The notes beneath the pieces are model-generated. The model did not search any database. It saw nothing but the letters and a program-made list of their open reading frames with translations, and was not told where the DNA came from. Below, one piece after another: positions 63,573-64,000 of a DNA stretch of 64,000 nucleotides. Source of the DNA: Eledone cirrhosa (lineage: Eukaryota); NCBI GenBank assembly GCA_964016885.1, contig OZ024740.1:286626001-286690000 (forward strand), given 5' to 3'. How positions within the stretch are numbered: position 1 is the stretch's first letter; each line of letters opens with the position of its first letter. The translations under genes and the position numbers were made by a program.

Positions 63573-64000
63573 AATTATTGTGTAAAGTGCTCAGGTACAC
63601 TACAACTCATCAAAGGTGCATCATAGAATAATATACAAATGTCAGGGAAGTGAATAGTGTATGAGTCATGATATACATGTGTATATGTGTATGGACGGGG
63701 AACATTAGGTGTAGTGTTGGCGAATCTCGGGAAGCATGGAGGTTTTAAAGGATGCAGTGTCTCAACAGCTAATAACTGATGCAGGTAGTTTGTTCCATGC
63801 TTCAGCAACTCTGAGCGTGAAAAAATATTTCCAAAAGTCATGGGAACTGTGCTGTTTTCTGACTTTGTGGGCATGCCCATGTGTGTTAGACACATGGAAA
63901 TCAAAAAGGTACTCAGGGTTGTTGTTGGCAAGATGGTTAACAATTTTGTGGGTGTTTACCAAGTCAGTTGCCAGGCGTCGGAGCTTCAATGTATCCATGC
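63549..64000 (-). mobile_element. CR1-like LINE 3' end, running off the window
   Basis: MDTLKLRRLATDLVNTHKI...FFTLRVAEAWNKLP and an (AAT)n tail; highly similar to 35309-35753. Confidence 0.93.

Overview
AT-rich, repeat-dense eukaryotic genomic DNA. The SINE/LINE repertoire and microsatellite style suggest a cephalopod, probably Octopus; this is an inference and was not checked against a database. One host gene can be built by hand on the + strand from phase-consistent GT-AG exons: 12578-12650, 15273-15538, 25948-26080, 28553-28798 and 57147-57517 (362 aa), plus a candidate symmetric 45-nt cassette exon at 40049-40093. It encodes a type I membrane protein with a signal peptide, a CUB-like Cys-containing ectodomain, one TM helix and a low-complexity tail carrying a PPxY (PPPSY) motif. 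The remainder is intronic or flanking DNA filled with mobile elements: RTE-clade LINEs (one family has a PHD finger inside the RT), CR1-like LINEs, a GC-rich near-complete but frameshifted CRE-like RT/REL element with an N-terminal PHD finger (about 40350-44060), Penelope-like GIY-YIG remnants with hammerhead-like motifs, R4/Dong-like REL remnants, Helitron remnants, Tigger-like and piggyBac-like MITEs, tRNA-derived and CORE-type SINEs, microsatellites and several fold-back palindromes. Most ORFs in the supplied track are artefacts or TE fragments. TE boundaries are approximate because they were read by eye.
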